Of a DNA stretch of 64,000 bases, positions 58,346 through 64,000 are shown piece by piece (within the stretch, counting starts at the first letter, position 1; every line of letters begins with the position of its first letter). Under the pieces are notes generated by a model, which had not been told where the DNA came from, searched no databases, and saw nothing but the letters and a program-made list of their open reading frames with translations. Where the stretch lies: assembly GCA_036782995.1 (NCBI GenBank), contig DAIPXZ010000001.1, positions 1-64,000 of the forward strand. Direction: 5' to 3'. Origin of the DNA: Bacillota bacterium (GTDB lineage Bacteria; Bacillota; Clostridia; Saccharofermentanales; Saccharofermentanaceae). The position numbers were made by a program, and so were the translations under genes.

Positions 58346-59857
58346 TTATTGATCGGCCCACTTACCAGAACGTGCCACCGCGCGATTCCAAAGGTCGATG
58401 AGACGATTTTTCTCGGTCGCCTTCATATTCGGCACGAAAAGCTTATCACATGTCCTCAAGTGCCGCAATTCATCTGTCCCTTGCCAATATCCACAAGAAA
58501 TTCCGGCCATATAGGCAGCTCCTTGAGCAGTTGTTTCACGCTCACGAGGACGATCTACGGGCACATCTAGAATATCCGCCTGAAATTGCATCAAAAACGC
58601 ACTGACACTCGCGCCACCATCCACACGAAGTGAAGTAACGGCGAAGCCGGAATCTTTTTTCATAAGCTCGATGAGATCATACACTTGGTACGCAATCGCT
58701 TCAAGGCATGCACGTGCAATATGCGCTTTTCCTGTACCGCGTGTTAATCCGACAATCGTTCCGCGTGCATACATATCCCAATAAGGTGCACCAAGGCCGG
58801 AAAAGGCCGGTACCAGATACACACCAGCATTATCTTCGACCGATTCGGCAAGCGTATCACATTCCGAAGCACGCGAAATCATCTGCATTTCGTCTCTTAG
58901 CCATTGAATTGTGGAGCCACCATTAAAAACACTGCCTTCAAGAGCGTAGGTGGTTTTCCCGTTTAGTGTCCAAGCGGCTGACGTAAGAAGGCCGTTTTCG
59001 GAGGAAACGATATTCTCACCTGTATTCATGAGGCAAAAGCAACCCGTTCCATACGTGTTTTTCAGATCGCCGGGGTCAAGTGCCATTTGCCCGAAAAGCG
59101 CGGCAGGCTGATCGCCAATAACCGCACAAATACCAACACCGGCAAGACTTTCAATGCCAATAATGCCTTCCGTTACTGTGCCAAAATCAGAAGCCGACGG
59201 CTGCGCCTCCGGAAGCAGGTTCATCGGGATACCAAAAAGCGCACATAGCTCCGCATCCCACGATAATGTATGTATATTAAAGAGCATTGTACGAGAAGCA
59301 TTGGAATAATCGGTTGCATGTGATTTGCCACCGGTTAATCGATATATGAGCCAGGCGTCCACGTTACCGAACATTAACTCCCCTGCATCGGCCATGAGCC
59401 GTGCCCCTGGCACTTCATCGAGAATCCATTTTATCTTTGAAGCAGAAAAATAAGCGTCCATAACCAGGCCGGTCTTGGCCTTAACCTCTGCCTCTCGCCC
59501 TTCTTTTTTGAGCGTTTCGCATAGCGATGCCGTACGACGGCACTGCCAAACAATCGCGGGATAAATTGGTTTCCCGGTTTTCGCAGACCACACAATAGTC
59601 GTTTCTCTTTGGTTTGTTATGCCAATGCCAGCCACGTCGTGTCCCGTAATTCCGGCGGCGCCAAGTGCGCGATCGATAGCGGTGATGGTCGTGACCCACA
59701 AATCGTCGGGATCATGCTCGACCCAGCCCGGCTTCGGATAATGCTGGGCAAATGACTCCTGCCCGACACCGACAGCCTCGCCTTGGTGATTGAAAATGAT
59801 GCATCGTGAGCTTGTTGTTCCCTGATCAATGGCCAAAATAAACTTTTCCATGGTCAC
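58346..59857 (-). CDS. glpK: glycerol kinase
   Basis: The N-terminal FILAIDQGTTSSRCIIFNHQGE is the canonical FGGY/GlpK start. The precise start codon is GTG at 59857 or ATG at 59851. Confidence 0.9.
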   Translation of the reverse strand: MTMEKFILAIDQGTTSSRCIIFNHQGEAVGVGQESFAQHYPKPGWVEHDPDDLWVTTITAIDRALGAAGITGHDVAGIGITNQRETTIVWSAKTGKPIYPAIVWQCRRTASLCETLKKEGREAEVKAKTGLVMDAYFSASKIKWILDEVPGARLMADAGELMFGNVDAWLIYRLTGGKSHATDYSNASRTMLFNIHTLSWDAELCALFGIPMNLLPEAQPSASDFGTVTEGIIGIESLAGVGICAVIGDQPAALFGQMALDPGDLKNTYGTGCFCLMNTGENIVSSENGLLTSAAWTLNGKTTYALEGSVFNGGSTIQWLRDEMQMISRASECDTLAESVEDNAGVYLVPAFSGLGAPYWDMYARGTIVGLTRGTGKAHIARACLEAIAYQVYDLIELMKKDSGFAVTSLRVDGGASVSAFLMQFQADILDVPVDRPRERETTAQGAAYMAGISCGYWQGTDELRHLRTCDKLFVPNMKATEKNRLIDLWNRAVARSGKWADQ

Positions 59858-59895
59858 CTCGTCTCTGCTTCCGCGTCCGGATTCTTCGAGATTGT

Positions 59896-61404
59896 TTACT
59901 GCTGACAGCGCTTATAAATCGTATTCAATTCTTTTAACCATGCAATATTGATTTGTTTGAGTCCTTCCGTTCCAAAACGCACTCGCCAGTTACCTGTTGG
60001 TGTACCCGGTGTATTCATGCGCGTATCCGCACCGTACCCAAGTAAATCCTGCACCGGTACTACGGCAAGTGACGCGGCACTACTCCACACCGATGTAATC
60101 AACGCATGCAGGCTCAATCCTGAAGGTCCACCCTCGCCCCAATTTTTTCCGTCGAATCGGCAATATTTCAAAGCAAAGTTTCGGTCTGTTTCGGACGCTT
60201 CCCAAAGCCATCCCAGAATGGTGTTGTTATCGTGTGTCCCCGTGTAGGCCACGCAATTTTTCGGATAGTTATGTGGTAGATGTTTACTATCATCATATGG
60301 ATTGAATCCAAATTGCAAGACTCGCATGGTCGCAAATCCGGTCTCTTCGAGAAAGGCTTCCAGTTCCGGTGTCATTTCACCTAAGTCTTCGGCAAAAATC
60401 GGCGCGTCCTTGAAAACTTCACCAATTTTGTTGAAAAGCTTCATACCCGGGCCTTGCTTCCATTCGCCTTCTCGTGCTGTTTTTGCATCGGCAGGAATCG
60501 AATAGTAGGATGAAAATGCGCGGAAATGATCAATTCGGAGAAGGTCGTAATGTAGGAAGTTTTGTTTCAAACGTGCAATCCACCATGAATAGCCCGTTCT
60601 CTCATGTTCATCCCAGTCATAAATCGGATTGCCCCAGAGCTGACCATCTTTGGCAAAATAATCCGGCGGTACACCGGCAACTTGCGAGAAACGACCCTTT
60701 TCGTCCGTCAGGAAAAGGGAACGATTCGCCCATACATCGCTGCTGTCTGCCGACACATATATCGGGATGTCACCGATGATTTTGATACCTATATCGTTGA
60801 TTTCGCGTTTCAGCTCCGTCCATTGCGTATAAAAGACGTATTGAATGAAGCAATAGAACCAAAATAGGTCACGGTGGCGCTCTTCAAAAATTGCGAGAGC
60901 ATCTTCATCGTGTGCGGAAAGAAAAGAATCGGACCAATCCCACCATGCCTTGTCACCCTCTGTGGACTTTATGGCTTGATAGAGTGCGACATCCTTTAGC
61001 CATGGATTAGCTCCGGCAAATTCGTAAACACAGATGAATTTCTTTTCATCGAGTCGAGAGTATGCCTGACGTAGCATGGTCATTCGATTTTCGCGAACAA
61101 ATGCGTAATCGACCGCGTACGGCGAACCGGAATAGCGGCACGCATCCTTTTCCTCACAGGAAAGAAGACCCGCTTCGAAAAGCTGTCTCGGATCAATAAG
61201 TAAGGGGCTGCCTGCAAATGCCGAATCACTCTGATAAGGTGAATCTCCCGAGCCTGGGTTGGTGAAAGGCAATACCTGCCAGTATGTAAATCCCGCTTCT
61301 TTCAGTATTTTTGCAAATCCGACAGCTTCGTCTCCGAATCCGCCAATACCGTATTCACCAGGCAATGATGTAATGTGCATTAGGCATCCTGAACTTCTTT
61401 TCAT
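59896..61404 (-). CDS. malQ: 4-alpha-glucanotransferase (amylomaltase, GH77)
   Basis: The start was set at MKRSSGCLMHITSLPG (GGGAGGAA RBS); this is the typical MalQ N-terminus. GH77 motifs are present throughout. Confidence 0.9.
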   Translation of the reverse strand: MKRSSGCLMHITSLPGEYGIGGFGDEAVGFAKILKEAGFTYWQVLPFTNPGSGDSPYQSDSAFAGSPLLIDPRQLFEAGLLSCEEKDACRYSGSPYAVDYAFVRENRMTMLRQAYSRLDEKKFICVYEFAGANPWLKDVALYQAIKSTEGDKAWWDWSDSFLSAHDEDALAIFEERHRDLFWFYCFIQYVFYTQWTELKREINDIGIKIIGDIPIYVSADSSDVWANRSLFLTDEKGRFSQVAGVPPDYFAKDGQLWGNPIYDWDEHERTGYSWWIARLKQNFLHYDLLRIDHFRAFSSYYSIPADAKTAREGEWKQGPGMKLFNKIGEVFKDAPIFAEDLGEMTPELEAFLEETGFATMRVLQFGFNPYDDSKHLPHNYPKNCVAYTGTHDNNTILGWLWEASETDRNFALKYCRFDGKNWGEGGPSGLSLHALITSVWSSAASLAVVPVQDLLGYGADTRMNTPGTPTGNWRVRFGTEGLKQINIAWLKELNTIYKRCQQ

Positions 61405-61411
61405 GAAATTA

Positions 61412-62383
61412 TTATTCCTCCCGATTTCGAACATAGACTAGTTTGATTTGTGGATTTTTATCATTTGTACGGTGCTCATATTCGACCCAGTCGAGAGATT
61501 GTACCATTTTGGACATTTTTGCGAACCCGTAGTTTCTGGAATCAAATGACGGGCTCTTCTTATTGATGAGGTTACCGACATCTCCCAAGAAGGCCCAGCC
61601 CTCTTCATCTGCCAGATCAGCGATTGAAGAAGCAATCAATTCAATCGTCGCTTCGTCAATTTTGAGAATGGAACGTTCCTCATCTTTGACGATAAAGCCT
61701 GTCGAGGATTCTCTTTCGGCGATATCGGATGTATTCTCTTTATCGTCTTTGTCCTTTTTCGTCTTGCGTGACGTCTTTAATGAGCGTTTGGTCGCTTTTA
61801 CGGCATTCTTTCCCACTGTAGCTTCTGATTTAGCAGAAACAGAATCGTTCGTGGATTGCTTCACTTCAGTTTTATCAACGTCTTTGCTCTTCACGGTCTT
61901 CATCAACAGACCGAGACGTCCCGGCACAGGGCTTTTGCGCGTGTGCGTTTCCAGAATCTCAAGGAAAATGAAGCGATCACAAGCGGCAACGAAAGCCGTC
62001 GGCGTTTTCTTTTCACCAATACCATATACTATTTTTCCTGCTTCACGAAGGCGTGTCGCGAGTCGCGTGAAGTCGCTGTCGCTCGAAACAAGGCAGAAGC
62101 CATCGACCTTTTCCGTATACAATATATCCATTGCATCAATGATGAGTGTCGAGTCCGTCGCATTCTTTCCCGTCGTATAACCAAATTGCTGTACAGGCGA
62201 AATAGCGTGATCCAAAAGGACCGTTTTCCATGGGCCAAGCTGGGGTTTTGTCCAGTCTCCGTATATTCTTTTGATTGTAGGATTGCCATATCGAGCGATT
62301 TCAAGCATCATGGGTTTGATGTAATTCGCGGAGATATTGTCCGCGTCAATCAAAACTGCCAGACGCACGTCTTTTCCGGCCAT
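61412..62383 (-). CDS. NYN-domain (LabA/limkain-type) protein with C-terminal OST-HTH/LOTUS domain
   Basis: The start was set at MAGKDVRLAVLIDADN (RBS GAGGAAGGA). The NYN core is VLIDADNISANYI...GKNATDSTLIIDAMD...DSDFTRL. A K/D-rich linker leads to the C-terminal OST-HTH-like domain (...GFAKMSKMVQSLDWVEY). Confidence 0.8.
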   Translation of the reverse strand: MAGKDVRLAVLIDADNISANYIKPMMLEIARYGNPTIKRIYGDWTKPQLGPWKTVLLDHAISPVQQFGYTTGKNATDSTLIIDAMDILYTEKVDGFCLVSSDSDFTRLATRLREAGKIVYGIGEKKTPTAFVAACDRFIFLEILETHTRKSPVPGRLGLLMKTVKSKDVDKTEVKQSTNDSVSAKSEATVGKNAVKATKRSLKTSRKTKKDKDDKENTSDIAERESSTGFIVKDEERSILKIDEATIELIASSIADLADEEGWAFLGDVGNLINKKSPSFDSRNYGFAKMSKMVQSLDWVEYEHRTNDKNPQIKLVYVRNREE

Positions 62384-62521
62384 AATTCCTTCCTCTCTTC
62401 TTGCCATAATCAATACTAGGCTGATATAATAGGCAAGTTGCGCGAGTATTGTTTTGCGCCACATTTAATTATAACGTAATTTAGTTTTCTTGCCCACACC
62501 GATAACGAAAGAGGCCTGACT

Positions 62522-64000
62522 CATGAGTGAACAAATCCATTCCGAAATCAACCGTCGCCGCACCTTTGCCATTATTTCACACCCGGATGCCGGTAAAACA
62601 ACTATGACGGAGAAGCTTCTTCTCTACGGTGGTGCGATTCATATGGCCGGCTCAGTTAAGGCCCGTAAGGCCTCGAAACACGCCACATCAGACTGGATGG
62701 AGATTGAAAAGCAACGTGGTATTTCTGTGACCTCGTCGGTTATGCAATTTAACTATGACGGATATTGCATCAACATTTTGGATACACCCGGTCACCAAGA
62801 TTTCTCTGAGGATACGTATCGTACGCTTTGCGCCGCCGATGCGGCCGTCATGCTTCTCGATGGCGCGAAGGGTGTCGAAGCACAAACCATTAAGCTCTTT
62901 ACGGTATGCCGCAAGCGTGGCATCCCGATTTTCACCTTTATCAATAAGATGGACCGTGCTGCAAAGAATCCTTTCGATCTCATCGACGAACTCGAGAAGG
63001 TGTTAGGTATCCGTTCCACTCCGATTAACTGGCCGATTGGCACAGATGGTGATTTTCAAGGCGTCTACATGCGCGAGACTCAAGAAGTCGAACTTTTCGA
63101 CAGCGAGACAAAGGATCACGGCGCATCGATGGTTAAGGCAATCAACGCCGGTGTAAATGACGAGGCCGCACTCCGAAAGATTTTGAGTGCTTCTCATTAC
63201 GAAACACTGAAAAACGATATTGAATTGCTCGACATGGCAGGCGATCCTTTCGATCTGGAAAAGATTTTGCGAGGCGAATTAACCCCTGTGTTTTTTGGGT
63301 CCGCCATCACGAACTTCGGCGTGGAGCCTTTTCTCAAGAAATTCCTCGCCATTGCTCCTGCCCCACAGCCGCATAATACGACAATTGGAAATATTGAGCC
63401 GACGGAAAACTTTTTCTCCGGTTTTATCTTCAAGGTGCAAGCCAATATGGACCCGAATCATCGTGACCGTATGTCATTCCTTCGCATTTGCTCAGGCAAA
63501 TTCGAAAAAGGGATGACCGTGAAGCAGGTTCGTACCGGGAAAAAGGTCACTCTTGCTCAGCCACAGCAATTTATGGCACAGGATCGTACAATTGTCGACG
63601 ATGCATATGCCGGTGACATTATTGGTCTATTCGACCCAGGCATTTTCCGTCTTGGCGACACGCTTTCCGCTGGGCCGAAGGATTTCACCTTTGATCCAAT
63701 ACCAGTCTTCCCTCCGGAAAATTTTGCGCGTGTACAGCCGAAGGATTCCATGAAGCGCAAGCAGTTCCTGAAGGGCATTGAACAGCTCTCCGAAGAAGGT
63801 GCGGTACAGCTCTATAAGCAACCAGATATTGGTACAGAAACCTATATCATGGGTGTCGTCGGTGTTCTTCAATTTGAAGTATTGGAACACCGACTGAAAT
63901 CAGAATATGGTGTCGACATCATTCGCACCAATCTGAATTATCGTCATGCACGCTGGTGTAAGGCAGAAAGTCCCGACATTTCTATTGATTTTTCGAAGCT
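62522..64000 (+). CDS. prfC: peptide chain release factor 3 (partial; 3' end beyond window)
   Basis: MSEQIHSEINRRRTFAIISHPDAGKTTMTEKLL... is a GTPase matching RF3 across the G1-G4 motifs. The frame is open to the end of the window. Confidence 0.9.

Noticed and set aside
1-64000. CRISPR arrays, rRNA, tRNA, IS elements, prophage structural genes
   Set aside because: No short direct repeats with regular spacers were seen. No rRNA-like or cloverleaf-like conserved segments occur in the intergenic regions (all are under 280 bp). No transposase or phage capsid/terminase-like ORFs are present. The only mobile-element trace is the truncated recombinase at 1-899.

Overview
This 64 kb window looks like chromosomal DNA from a Clostridia-type Firmicute, with about 47% GC and strong GGAGG ribosome-binding sites. 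No rRNA, tRNA or CRISPR array was seen. Most genes lie on the minus strand in tightly packed, often overlapping operons.

The main blocks, in order:

1. The left edge carries a 5'-truncated large serine recombinase remnant with an alpha/beta hydrolase abutting it, followed by a YqeY-domain protein, a PfkB kinase, CopZ, a signal-peptide-less fragment of a sortase-anchored protein, and an orphan EutH-type permease.

2. An ~11 kb minus-strand operon (6052-17103) encodes CDP-3,6-dideoxyhexose synthesis: DdhA/RfbF, DdhB/RfbG, and DdhC/RfbH (E1), which shows its diagnostic His-for-Lys change and Cys-rich Fe-S motif. It also holds a YerE-like thiamine-diphosphate branching enzyme, a short-chain NAD reductase, an HMGL-type aldolase fusion, a GtrB-like polyprenyl-phosphate GT2, and a GtrA-fused multi-TM GT-C-like glycosyltransferase. 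Together these predict a lipid-carrier-mediated surface glycosylation system that installs a branched dideoxy sugar, which would be unusual for a Gram-positive.

3. A Bce-like antimicrobial-peptide resistance module is dispersed across 18.3-25.7 kb: an OmpR-type response regulator, an intramembrane-sensing kinase, a MATE pump, a DUF2974 hydrolase, and BceAB-like ABC genes, with a perfect 16-bp palindrome upstream of the ABC ATPase gene.

4. Next come a MerR-like/NfeD/flotillin operon (the NfeD has a His-Gly-Asp repeat insert), a lysophospholipase-like hydrolase, cardiolipin synthase, a membrane GGDEF-EAL protein, an ABC-2 exporter, and a translationally coupled PIG-L deacetylase + YfhO pair.

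5. Further on are a NarL/HisKA_3 two-component system, a GT4 glycosyltransferase, a GH1 beta-glucosidase and a four-gene minus-strand operon (57183 to 49068). This operon is the most novel element. It has two paralogous cytoplasmic proteins with N-terminal tandem zinc ribbons and a shared C-terminal 'DIPxFDxxGPSPFxKK' motif. One of them carries a ~2.5 kb intrinsically disordered region studded with Pro-x-Trp motifs. They sit with a membrane HExxH zincin-like protein and a two-domain PPK2.

6. The window ends with AEC transporter, glpK, malQ, a NYN/OST-HTH protein, and partial prfC.
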